A stretch of 44,878 nucleotides of DNA from Candidatus Fermentibacteraceae bacterium (lineage in GTDB: Bacteria; Fermentibacterota; Fermentibacteria; Fermentibacterales; JCC-6). The notes below the pieces were generated by a model. That model was not told the origin of the DNA. It saw only the letters and a list, made by a program, of their open reading frames with translations, and did no database searches. Positions 1 through 8,862 of this stretch are shown one piece after another; within the stretch, counting starts at the first letter, position 1, and each line of letters begins with the position of its first letter. The stretch lies in assembly GCA_041686025.1 (NCBI GenBank), contig JAWLEP010000023.1:1-44878 (forward strand), read 5' to 3'. The position numbers were made by a program, and so were the translations under genes.

Positions 1-327
1 GACTATCCGCTGCTCGACGGAGAAGGGGACGGGGGCGGCCGATGGCATGACCTCGTGGCTTCCGCGCAGGCTGGTGTACTGGGCATCAACTACTTCTATG
101 CCCTGCGCCCGGCAGCCGGTGGGCAGCGCGATCCGCACCGGCATGATGGGCAGGGCCGGAAGGCCCTCTCCGTGGTATGAGGGCAGGCCCTGCACGCTGA
201 CCTTCGTATAGGGGCCGGCGTCGTCCAGGCACACCCTTGTCTGATCAAAGGGAATGTCCACCGTCAGCTCGGATGCCGCCAGGGGCACCGCGGCCAGCAG
301 CAGAATGGAGGCAAGAAGGAATCGCAT
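1..327 (-). CDS. Secreted protein with gingipain-type (C25) propeptide; partial, runs off the left edge
   Basis: Not in the ORF track. Manual translation from ATG 327 (RBS GAGGAG): MRFLLASILLLAAVPLAASELTVDIPFDQTRVCLDDAGPYTKVSVQGLPSYHGEGLPALPIMPVRIALPTGCRAQGIEV... It has a Sec signal peptide and the G-x-P-x-LP-x5-IALP pattern typical of Propeptide_C25. The catalytic domain would lie outside the window. Confidence 0.7.
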   Translation of the reverse strand, partial: MRFLLASILLLAAVPLAASELTVDIPFDQTRVCLDDAGPYTKVSVQGLPSYHGEGLPALPIMPVRIALPTGCRAQGIEVVDAQYTSLRGSHEVMPSAAPVPFSVEQRIV

Positions 328-479
328 CTCCGCTCCTCTCACATGAAATGATGGTTTTGTGTTAGCTTACGATAACTTAATACGCCAGAGGCGGCTATGG
401 TTCCCAGGCAATGAAGAAGAACGACGTAGAAAACCGTAGAATAGAGATACCCCTGGAAGCGGGACGGGTCAAGAGCCTT

Positions 480-1148
480 CTACCTGGGAAGGGACTCCCG
501 AATCATCTCCGATACGACCTCGACGTCGGCTTCCTGCAGGGTGTCGGAGGCCAGCCGCGCTCCCTCTCCGTCGAGAAGCTCCACCTTCAGCAGACCGCTG
601 TCCAGGGGCTGCAGCGACAGAAAGAGGTCGGAGGAGAAGAAGTCGGCCACCATCCGGGCCTTCTCGGCGGACGTGTAGCCCTGGCCGATGCTCACCGGGC
701 TGGGGTCGACCTCTACCGGGGTGTCCGCCAGGATCAGGCCCAGCCGGGAGGCCAGCAGCTCCGAGGCGGAACCCCCGTCCTCCCCCGGAAGCGTCTCCAC
801 CACCAGGGCCAGCGATTCGGGCTCTTCCTCCCCGGCTTCTTCTTCCGCCCGCCCTCCGGCCACCGGTACGCTCTCCCAGTCCACGCCGGTGTCCTCCACG
901 GCGGCCCCGGCGGAGTCTGCGGCCTCCTCCTCCCGGGCTGCGTCGGAGAAGATGTCGTAGAGGATGATGGACACCACCACGGCCGTGGCGCCGATAGCCA
1001 GATACAGGTCAGAGTTTTCGGAGTCCTCCTCGGAGGACCCCCCGCCGGGGTCTCCCAGCGGGGAAGCATGGGCGACGGCTCCCGTGAAAAGCAGGACCGC
1101 CGCCATCAGGGCCGAGAGGACCCCGGCGGGCAGGGAGCGTCTACTCAT
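480..1148 (-). CDS. Hypothetical exported/membrane protein, acidic
   Basis: Signal peptide (AHA-S), a second hydrophobic segment and an acidic linker. Its ATG overlaps the EF-G-like stop (ATGAGTAG), indicating translational coupling. Confidence 0.7.
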   Translation of the reverse strand: MSRRSLPAGVLSALMAAVLLFTGAVAHASPLGDPGGGSSEEDSENSDLYLAIGATAVVVSIILYDIFSDAAREEEAADSAGAAVEDTGVDWESVPVAGGRAEEEAGEEEPESLALVVETLPGEDGGSASELLASRLGLILADTPVEVDPSPVSIGQGYTSAEKARMVADFFSSDLFLSLQPLDSGLLKVELLDGEGARLASDTLQEADVEVVSEMIRESLPR

Positions 1149-3201
1149 CCTCCTGGGCCGCCCTTCTGTTCTCCTCGGCCACCTTCTGCTGGATGTCCCT
1201 GGGGACCTTCTCGTAGTGGGAGAAGGTCTGGGAGAAGTTGCCCCGGGCCTGGGTGAGCGACCGCAGGCTGCTGGTGTACTGGTAGAGCTCGGCCTCCGGC
1301 ACCTGGGCCTTGATAACCTGGAAGGAGCCCTCGGCCTCCATGCCCTGTATCTTGCCGCGGCGGGAGTTGATGTCGCCCATCACGTCGCCCATGAACTCCT
1401 CGGGGACCATGATCTCCAGCTCCATAACCGGCTCCAGCAGAATGGGCCCGGCCTGCATCATAACCTCCTTGAAGGCCCTGTTGGCCGCGTACTTGAAGGC
1501 CATGTCGGAGGAGTCCACCGGGTGGTAGCTGCCGTCGGTGACCACGGCCTTGATGTCCACCACCGCGCATCCGGAGAGGGGGCCCTTGTCCATGGCCTCC
1601 TGGAAGCCCTTCTCCACCGCCGGTATGTGCTTGGTGGGCACGTTGCCGCCGGTGACCTCGCTGTCGAACTCGAAGCCGCTTCCCCTGGGCAGGGGCTCGA
1701 GGCGGATGTGGACGTGGCCGTACTGGCCGCGGCCCCCGGTCTGCTTCTTGTGCTTGTACTGACCGCTTGCGGCCTTGGTGATGGTCTCGTGGTAGGCTAT
1801 CCTGGGCTTCACCAGCTCCGCCTCCACCCCGGTCATCTCCTTGAGGCGCTCCAGCATCACAGCGTGGTGCTGCTCGCCCATTCCGGATACGGTGGTCTGG
1901 CCGATCTCCGACTCGTTGCGCACCACATAGGTGGGATCCATGGCGGACAGCGTGGAGAGGCCGCTGCCCATCTTGTCCTCCTCGCCGCGCTTCTTGGCGT
2001 AGATGGCGGCCCTGTATACGGGCTCGGGGAAAGCGATGGGCCTCAGCTCCACCTGGTCCTTCTTGGTGCAGAGGGTGTCGTTGGTCATGGTGCTCTTGAG
2101 CTTGGCCACCGCGGCGATGTCGCCGGTGACCAGCTTCTCGGTCTCTATCCGCTGCCCGCAGCTGATGTAGTAGTAGTTGTTGAGCCGCTCTCCCGTCTGG
2201 CGCTCGGTGTTGTAGGCCTCCTCGGTGCCCTCCACGCCTCCGCGGAGGACGCGGATGAAGACCATGTCGCCCACGTGCTTGTCCACCTTGGTGCTGAAGA
2301 CCCTGGCCACGAAGGAGCCGTCGGGGTCCGGCGCGATCTCGGCCTCGCCGGTGGCGTCGGGCTGGGCCGGCCGCTCCAGGGGGGAGGGGATGAAGGAGAC
2401 CATGGAGCTCAGGAGCTCCTTTGCCCCCAGGGCGGTGGTGGATACCCCGCAGAGAACGGGGAAGAGGTCCCTGGCCGCGATGGACTTCTTCAGTCCCCGG
2501 CGCAGCTCGGCCTCGGTGAGCGTGTCGTTGGCGAAGTACTGCTCCATCAGCTCCTCGTCGGACTCGGCCGCCGTCTCGATAAGCTCGTTGCGCAGCTCGT
2601 CCAGGCGTCCGCGGGCTCCGTCGGGCACTTCCATCTCATTTCCCTCCGGGTCCAGCGCCCTGTTGCCCAGGACATCCACCAGGGCCTTCAGCTCTCCCCC
2701 CTCCATGACGGGGAAGACGAAGGGGACCGCGTGGCGGTGAAGGCTGTCGCGGACCTCCTCCAGGACCCGCTCGAAGCTGACGTTCTCGCGGTCGAGGCCC
2801 CCCACCCAGATGAGCACCGGCAGCTGGTGGCCGGCGGCGTAGGACCACGTCTTCAGCGAGCCTACCTCCACGCCGGAGGCGCCGTCCAGCACCAGCACCG
2901 CCCCGTCGGAGACGGAGATGCTGCCGATGGTCTCGCCGTAGAAGTCCGCAAGGCCGGGGGTGTCCAGCAGGTTGATCTTGTGCTTCTGCCACTCGCATAT
3001 GCCGGGCGAGAAGGTCAGGCTGTGCTTGCGTTCCCTGCTCTCCCCGGTGTAGTCGAAGCTGCTGTTGCCGTTGTCCACCGAGCCCAGCCGCTCCACCGAG
3101 CCGGCGGTGTAGACCAGAGAGTCACACAGGCTGGTCTTTCCCACCGAGCCGTGTCCGATGACCGATACAGTTCTGAGCCTGTCAGGAGTGTAATCTTTCA
3201 A
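1141..3201 (-). CDS. fusA2: Elongation factor G paralogue (EF-G2 / EF-G-like)
   Basis: Full EF-G layout: GHGSVGKTS, DTPG, SGMGEQH, YHETI, KKQTGGRGQYG, GSYHPVDSSDMAF, LLEPVM, GDINSRRG. Start re-called to TTG 3201 (LKDYTPDRLRT) after GAGGAG. Not in an rpsL-rpsG-tuf context. Confidence 0.92.
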   Translation of the reverse strand: MKDYTPDRLRTVSVIGHGSVGKTSLCDSLVYTAGSVERLGSVDNGNSSFDYTGESRERKHSLTFSPGICEWQKHKINLLDTPGLADFYGETIGSISVSDGAVLVLDGASGVEVGSLKTWSYAAGHQLPVLIWVGGLDRENVSFERVLEEVRDSLHRHAVPFVFPVMEGGELKALVDVLGNRALDPEGNEMEVPDGARGRLDELRNELIETAAESDEELMEQYFANDTLTEAELRRGLKKSIAARDLFPVLCGVSTTALGAKELLSSMVSFIPSPLERPAQPDATGEAEIAPDPDGSFVARVFSTKVDKHVGDMVFIRVLRGGVEGTEEAYNTERQTGERLNNYYYISCGQRIETEKLVTGDIAAVAKLKSTMTNDTLCTKKDQVELRPIAFPEPVYRAAIYAKKRGEEDKMGSGLSTLSAMDPTYVVRNESEIGQTTVSGMGEQHHAVMLERLKEMTGVEAELVKPRIAYHETITKAASGQYKHKKQTGGRGQYGHVHIRLEPLPRGSGFEFDSEVTGGNVPTKHIPAVEKGFQEAMDKGPLSGCAVVDIKAVVTDGSYHPVDSSDMAFKYAANRAFKEVMMQAGPILLEPVMELEIMVPEEFMGDVMGDINSRRGKIQGMEAEGSFQVIKAQVPEAELYQYTSSLRSLTQARGNFSQTFSHYEKVPRDIQQKVAEENRRAAQEDE

Positions 3202-3320
3202 CGCTTTCCGCTCCTCTTCCCATTCCGTTCCAACAGGGTACCGCTCCGAAGGCGGCCGGCGCGGGGAAACCGGCGCGGCCATCACGGGCAGTGCAGATAA
3301 CTTGCTTTACAGTGTGCTGT

Positions 3321-3349
3321 TATCTACAGGGGAGGCCAATCGCTGTCAA
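3321..3349 (-). promoter_or_regulatory. Putative sigma70 promoter for the EF-G-like gene
   Basis: TTGACA-17 nt-TAGATA on the minus strand, about 120 nt upstream of the TTG start. Confidence 0.45.
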
Positions 3350-3478
3350 CTACTGCGGTAGGCGGGCGAAGGCCGGCCGCCGGCTTCCGGGTGCACTACC
3401 ACCACCGGCCCCGGCTGGTATATATGTGTACTTTGCCGGAAGTGAATACCATCCCACCTGCACCATCGGGGAGATGTA

Positions 3479-3820
3479 ATGGGCTCCATCGGCACGCTGG
3501 CTGTAGCTGCGGGCATCGCCCTCTTCCTGTACCTGGTAAAGAAGCTCTTCGACTCATTCTCCGGGGAGAGCAGGGAGGAGCAGTACCGCAGGCTGGAAGG
3601 CGAGATGCGTCAGGAGGACCGGCAGAGCACGGCGTCCGGGGACGTTGCCTGCCCCGTCTGCGGCTCCCCCACCAGGCTGGTGGAGTATCCCCACATCAAG
3701 GTACACAGGTGCGTCCGCTATCCCGAGTGCAGGGGGTTCGTCAAGGCCCGTTCCGCCTACCGGCCCAGGTTCGCCAGGGAATGGGACCGGAAGAAGCGGC
3801 GGCGGCCGGCCCGTCAATAG
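3479..3820 (+). CDS. Small membrane-anchored protein with topoisomerase-type C4 zinc ribbon
   Basis: N-terminal TM helix; CPVCGS...HRCVRYPECRG zinc-ribbon motif; basic tail; RBS GGGGAG. Confidence 0.75.
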   Translation: MGSIGTLAVAAGIALFLYLVKKLFDSFSGESREEQYRRLEGEMRQEDRQSTASGDVACPVCGSPTRLVEYPHIKVHRCVRYPECRGFVKARSAYRPRFAREWDRKKRRRPARQ

Positions 3821-3838
3821 ACTCGAAGGAGATCTCAG

Positions 3839-5929
3839 TTGCCACAGAAAAGACCTGACCCGGGACGGATAGAGAGGCACCCGATTCTCTCCCCCTCCGA
3901 GGGTGAGAGGGTTTCCTTCACCTTCAACGGCCGCAGTCTGGAGGGGGTCGGAGGTGAGGCGGTGTCCTCGGCCCTGTTCGCCGCCGGGGTCCACGTCTTC
4001 GGCCACCATCACGCCGACAGCGGCCCGCAGGGCATCTTCTGCGCCAACGGCCAGTGCTCGCAGTGTACGCTGATCATCGACGGGGTCCCCAGGAAGAGCT
4101 GCATCGTTCCCCTGCACGAGGGCATGGAGGTCCGCAGCCTGGAGGGCCTGCCCCGTCTGGAGGACAGACCTCCCCCGGATCTCCGGCCCCCGGAGACCGT
4201 GGAGACCGACGTCCTGGTGCTGGGGGCCGGGCCCTCCGGCATGGCGGCCGCCATCGAGATGGGGCGGCAGGGCCTCTCGGTGATCGTGGTGGACGACAAG
4301 GACAGGCTGGGGGGCAAGCTGGTCCTGCAGACCCACAAGTTCTTCGGCTCCGTGGAGGACTGCAACGCCGGCACCCGGGGTATCAGGATCGCCGAGCTGC
4401 TGGCGGCCGAACTGGAGGAGCTTCCCTCGGTGGACGTCTGGCTGGAGAGCATCGCCCTGGCCGTGTACAGCGACGGCCTGGTGGGAATCCGCCGCCCCGC
4501 GGGATACTCGCTGGTTCGCCCGAAGGCCTTGCTGGTGACCACCGGCGCCCGGGAGAAGTCCCTCACCTTCCCCGGCAACACACTTCCCGGAGTCTACGGC
4601 GCCGGAGCCTTCCAGACCCTGGTGAACCGGGACATGGTGAGGGCGGCGGAGAGGATCTTCGTGGTGGGGGGCGGAAACGTGGGCCTGATAGGCGCCTACC
4701 ACGCCCTGCAGGCGGACATGACCGTAGTGGGGCTGGCAGAGGCCCTTGCGGAGTGCGGCGGCTACTACGTCCACGCCGACAAGATCCGCAGGCTGGGGGT
4801 TCCCGTATACACCCGGCATACGGTCCTGGCCGCCCACGGCACCGAGCACCTGGAGGCGGTGACCATAGCGGAGGTGGACGACTCCTTCACCCCCATAGCC
4901 GGCACCGAGAAGAGCTTCGCGGTGGACACACTGCTGGTGGCCGTGGGCCTGGAGCCGGTGAACGAGTTCGCCGAGAAGGCCCGAAGCTTCGGCATGAAGG
5001 TCCTCTCTGCGGGCGACGCCGAGGAGATAGCAGAGGCTTCAGCCGCCATGTTCAACGGGAGGATCGCCGGCCGGGAGCTGGCCTGCGAGCTGGGGGGTAC
5101 CGAGGCCGCCTGTCCCGCGGACTGGCACGAGAAGGCCGAGATACTCAAGAGCCCCGGGGGAGAGGTTCATCCGTACACGGTTCCCGACGACAGGGAGGGC
5201 GTATACCCGGTGATCCACTGCAACCAGGAGATCCCCTGCAACCCCTGCATGACCTCCTGCCCCCTGGACCTCATCGGAACCGAAGGTCACCCCATCATGG
5301 GCGTTCCCGAGTACTCCGGAGGCTGCTCCGGCTGCCGCCGGTGCGTGGCCATATGCCCGGGCCTCGCCATTACCCTGGTGGACTGGCGGAAGGATTCCGG
5401 AAGACCGCTGGTGACCGTTCCCTTCGAGCTGGGACAGTGGAGGCTGGAGGGCCATGACGGCCTTCCGGTGACCGACATGCACGGGGAGGTGCTGGGCACG
5501 GGTGGCCTTGTGGACGTCAGGCCTGCCGCCGGCTTCCCCCAGACCCTGATGCTCACCCTGGAGGTGGACCCGGAGGTCGCCTCCCGGGTGGCCGGGGTGC
5601 GAATACAGGACCCCTCGGACGTGGAGCCCGAGGCGCAGCCCCGGAAGCTTCCCCTGGCCGACGACGCGGTGGTCTGCCGCTGCGAGCGGGTCACCGCCGG
5701 CGAGATCAGGCGGCACCTGCGGGCCGGGGTGCGGGATCTCAACGAGCTGAAGGCTCTCACCAGGGCCGGCTTTGGAGCCTGCGGGGGAAAGACCTGCCGG
5801 GCCCTGATAGACCGGATATGTCGCGAGGAGGGGATCCCTACCGGGGAGATAGAGCCCATGACCGAGAGGCCGCTCTTTGCAGAGACCCAGCTGGGCTTCT
5901 TCTGCGGAAGTGGGGACGGCCGTGAGTAG
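3839..5929 (+). CDS. Fused flavo-iron-sulfur subunit of a dye-linked proline dehydrogenase / sarcosine oxidase-alpha-like complex
   Basis: N-terminal [2Fe-2S] (CANGQCSQC...SC); FAD Rossmann GAGPSG; second GGGNVG; ferredoxin motifs CNPCMTSCP and CSGCRRCVAICP; C-terminal BFD-like CRCE...CGGKTC. Confidence 0.85.
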   Translation: MPQKRPDPGRIERHPILSPSEGERVSFTFNGRSLEGVGGEAVSSALFAAGVHVFGHHHADSGPQGIFCANGQCSQCTLIIDGVPRKSCIVPLHEGMEVRSLEGLPRLEDRPPPDLRPPETVETDVLVLGAGPSGMAAAIEMGRQGLSVIVVDDKDRLGGKLVLQTHKFFGSVEDCNAGTRGIRIAELLAAELEELPSVDVWLESIALAVYSDGLVGIRRPAGYSLVRPKALLVTTGAREKSLTFPGNTLPGVYGAGAFQTLVNRDMVRAAERIFVVGGGNVGLIGAYHALQADMTVVGLAEALAECGGYYVHADKIRRLGVPVYTRHTVLAAHGTEHLEAVTIAEVDDSFTPIAGTEKSFAVDTLLVAVGLEPVNEFAEKARSFGMKVLSAGDAEEIAEASAAMFNGRIAGRELACELGGTEAACPADWHEKAEILKSPGGEVHPYTVPDDREGVYPVIHCNQEIPCNPCMTSCPLDLIGTEGHPIMGVPEYSGGCSGCRRCVAICPGLAITLVDWRKDSGRPLVTVPFELGQWRLEGHDGLPVTDMHGEVLGTGGLVDVRPAAGFPQTLMLTLEVDPEVASRVAGVRIQDPSDVEPEAQPRKLPLADDAVVCRCERVTAGEIRRHLRAGVRDLNELKALTRAGFGACGGKTCRALIDRICREEGIPTGEIEPMTERPLFAETQLGFFCGSGDGRE

Positions 5930-7073
5930 GGTCTGGGACGTGGTGGTGGTCGGCGCGGGCAGCGTGGGGACTCCCCTGGCCATGGAGCTGGCCGGCCGGG
6001 GGACCTCCGTACTGTGCATAGACCCCGCCGCCTCCGCGGGCCAGGGCAACAACAAGTGCGCCATTGGCGGAATACGGGCCACCCACAGCGAGCCGGCCAA
6101 GGTGTTCCTGGCCCTGCGCTCCCTGGAGGTCTTCCGGACCTGGGAGGAAACCTACGGCGACTCCATCGGCTGGAGGCAGGGGGGCTATTCCTACGTGGCC
6201 TACGACCCCGAGACCGCCGGGCTGCTTCGGGGCATGATCCCGGGCCAGCAGGAGGCGGGCCTGAACATCGACTGGCACGGCCCGGAGAGGATCGCCGAGC
6301 TGGTTCCCGGCATCAGCGGGGAGGGGCTCATCGGAGGCACCTACTCACCCGAGGACGGCAGCGCCAACCCCATGCAGAGCTGCTACGCCTTCTGCCGCCG
6401 GGCGCAGGCCCTGGGGGCGGAGTTCGCCTTCGGAGAGACCGTAACGGCCATCAACGTCCATGGCGGGCGGGTGATCTCCGTGGAGACGGACGCCGACACC
6501 TACGCCTGCGGGGCGGTGGTGAACTGCGCCGGCTCCTTCGGCCGGGAGGTGGGGGAGATGGCGGGCCTGGACCTGCCCGTCCACCCCGACAGCCACGAAG
6601 CGGGGATAACCGAGCCCGTGGAGATGTTCTTCGAGCCCATGGTGGTGGACATCCGCAGCGGGCCCGGCTCGGCCAACTACTACTTCTACCAGCACGACAC
6701 GGGCCAGGTGGTGTTCTGCATCACCCCCGACCCCCCGATACCGGGAACCGACGTCCGGGAGACCTCGGAGTTCCTTCCCATGGTCTCCTCCCGCATGGTG
6801 GACCTCTACCCCAGGCTGGCCAACCTCAAGGTCCGCCGCACCTGGCGCGGGTGCTACCCGCAGACCCCGGACGGCTCGCCCATACTGGGGCAGGCGGGGC
6901 CGGAGAACAGCTACATCGCCGTGGGCATGTGCGGCCAGGGCTACATGCTGGGCCCCGGGGTGGGCACGCTGATGGCCAGGCTGGTCACCGGCGGGGCCAC
7001 CCGGGAGGACCGGGAGGTCCTGGAGGCGCTATCTCCGCACCGCGACTTCGGAACGGAGGAGGCGCTCAAGTAG
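5922..7073 (+). CDS. FAD-dependent amino-acid oxidoreductase (DAO family; proline dehydrogenase/sarcosine oxidase beta-like)
   Basis: GAGSVG dinucleotide motif, DGSANP, TPDGSPILG, GMCGQGYMLGP. GTG 5922 overlaps the upstream stop (GTGAGTAG). Confidence 0.85.
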   Translation: MSRVWDVVVVGAGSVGTPLAMELAGRGTSVLCIDPAASAGQGNNKCAIGGIRATHSEPAKVFLALRSLEVFRTWEETYGDSIGWRQGGYSYVAYDPETAGLLRGMIPGQQEAGLNIDWHGPERIAELVPGISGEGLIGGTYSPEDGSANPMQSCYAFCRRAQALGAEFAFGETVTAINVHGGRVISVETDADTYACGAVVNCAGSFGREVGEMAGLDLPVHPDSHEAGITEPVEMFFEPMVVDIRSGPGSANYYFYQHDTGQVVFCITPDPPIPGTDVRETSEFLPMVSSRMVDLYPRLANLKVRRTWRGCYPQTPDGSPILGQAGPENSYIAVGMCGQGYMLGPGVGTLMARLVTGGATREDREVLEALSPHRDFGTEEALK

Positions 7074-7157
7074 TTGACTCTCTCGAACAGGTACGCGGCT
7101 GAAGACATTCTACGCAGCGCAGGCTGATCTCTCTGCACAAGGAACGGTGAGACTGAC

Positions 7158-8840
7158 ATGAGATACTTGCTCCTGATACTGGCGGCGGCTTCCCTGGGCA
7201 TGGCCGAGACATCGGTCTGCGGCACGGAAGAGCTTCTTCCCATCGGCTTTACCGAGGAGGAGCTGCAGAGGCTCGACGAGATAGGGATGTACTCCCCGGC
7301 GGCGACGGACCCGCCGCCCTCGGGCACCCGCAACCCCGGCGAGTTCGAGCCGGCCACCGGCGTCATGTTCCGCTGGCCCCTGGGCATTCCCTACGACCTC
7401 ATCGTGGACTTCTCCAACGAGGGCATGGTCTGGGTGATCTGCGAGAGCTACCAGCAGGGGGACGTGGAGTCGGCCTTCATCTCCGCCGGCGTGAACATGG
7501 ACAACGTGGACTACATACTGGCTCCCACCAACTCCATCTGGGTCCGCGACTACGGCCCCTGGTTCATCGCCCTTCCCGACGGCGATATCGCCATCTTCGA
7601 CTACGTCTACAACAGGCCGCGTCCCGACGACGACCAGATCCCCTGGGAGATAGGCGACCAGTGGGGCCTGGAGGTCTACGCCTCCGACATAGAGCACACC
7701 GGCGGCAACTACATGTCCGCCGGCTTCGACCAGTCCATGTCCACCGACATGGTCTACGAAGAGAATCCCCAGGGGGAGGACTGGGTGGACTCCCAGATGG
7801 AGCTGTACCTTGGGGTGACTGATTACGTGACAATGGAGGACCCCCAGGGCAGCTACATCGACCACATCGACTGCTGGGCCAAGATGCTCAGCCCCGACCG
7901 TCTGATGGTCCTGGAGGTGCCCCCGGGACATCCGGACTACACGGCCCTGGAATCCGCCGCCGAGATGCTTGAGCAGACGACAAGCCCCTACGGCACCGAC
8001 TGGCAGGTGTTCCGCGTCTACTCCGGGGGCACCGAGGGCTACACCAACAGCCTGATCAGCGAGGACCGGGTCTACATGCCCACCTGGAACACGTCCAACG
8101 ACTACCCCGCGATCATGGCTTACGAGGAGGCGCTGCCGGGCTACCAGGTGGACGGCTACTACTACAGCGGCTTCAGCAACACCGACGCCCTGCACTGCCG
8201 TACGCGCAACGCCATGGACGTGGAGATGCTCACCGTGTGGCACGTACCCGTGGACTCGGTGCAGCCGGCATCCCAGCCGGTGGAGATAGAGGCCCTGATG
8301 AGGCCCCATCCCGACAACAGCCTTGCCTCGCACCTTCTGCACTACCGCACCGGCACCTCCGGGCCCTTCAGCGAGGTGGACATGTCCGCCGCCGGCGACG
8401 ACATGTACACCGCTCAGGTCCCTGCCCAGACCGCCGGCACCACGGTGCAGTACTACGTCACCGCCTCCGACGACTCCGGCCGCGACGAGGAGAGCCCCCG
8501 CTTCGCGCCGGACACCTGGTTCCACGAGTACCAGACCTCCATGACCGGCGTTGCCGACCAGACCCGGTTGGCCCCCGGGGCATGGATAACCGACCCGACT
8601 CCCAACCCCTTCGCCGGCAGTGTGGCCCTGACGCTGGCTCTGGAGGAGGCCGGCAGGGCGGAGGCCGCGGTCTACGACCTTTCAGGCCGCATGGTTGCAC
8701 GGCTGGCCTCAGGCGAGATGCAGGCCGGCGCGCACCGGCTGCGCTGGACCCCGGAAAGCTCTGTACCCTCGGGCGTCTACGTGGTCCGCGTCAGCGCCGC
8801 CGGAAGCACCGCCACCCGCCGCGTCACCCTCCTCCACTAA
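7158..8840 (+). CDS. Secreted peptidylarginine deiminase (PPAD-type, PAD_porph) with Ig-like domain and T9SS/FlgD-type C-terminal sorting domain
   Basis: Signal peptide; WVRDY, YNRPRPDDD, TGGNYM, YIDHIDCW, YTNSLI, TDALHCRT; Ig-like VQYYVTASDDSGR; CTD PNPF...VYDLSGRMV...SGVYVVRV...RRVTLLH. Confidence 0.88.
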   Translation: MRYLLLILAAASLGMAETSVCGTEELLPIGFTEEELQRLDEIGMYSPAATDPPPSGTRNPGEFEPATGVMFRWPLGIPYDLIVDFSNEGMVWVICESYQQGDVESAFISAGVNMDNVDYILAPTNSIWVRDYGPWFIALPDGDIAIFDYVYNRPRPDDDQIPWEIGDQWGLEVYASDIEHTGGNYMSAGFDQSMSTDMVYEENPQGEDWVDSQMELYLGVTDYVTMEDPQGSYIDHIDCWAKMLSPDRLMVLEVPPGHPDYTALESAAEMLEQTTSPYGTDWQVFRVYSGGTEGYTNSLISEDRVYMPTWNTSNDYPAIMAYEEALPGYQVDGYYYSGFSNTDALHCRTRNAMDVEMLTVWHVPVDSVQPASQPVEIEALMRPHPDNSLASHLLHYRTGTSGPFSEVDMSAAGDDMYTAQVPAQTAGTTVQYYVTASDDSGRDEESPRFAPDTWFHEYQTSMTGVADQTRLAPGAWITDPTPNPFAGSVALTLALEEAGRAEAAVYDLSGRMVARLASGEMQAGAHRLRWTPESSVPSGVYVVRVSAAGSTATRRVTLLH

Positions 8841-8862
8841 CGGGGACGGAGTTTAAGTTCAT

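Noticed and set aside
964..3300. 778-aa plus-strand ORF, and similar long antisense ORFs (23833..25788, 25993..27714, 37461..39401, 40835..43048)
   Set aside because: They are antisense shadows of well-supported genes. High-GC codon bias removes stops on the opposite strand, and the products carry no motifs.
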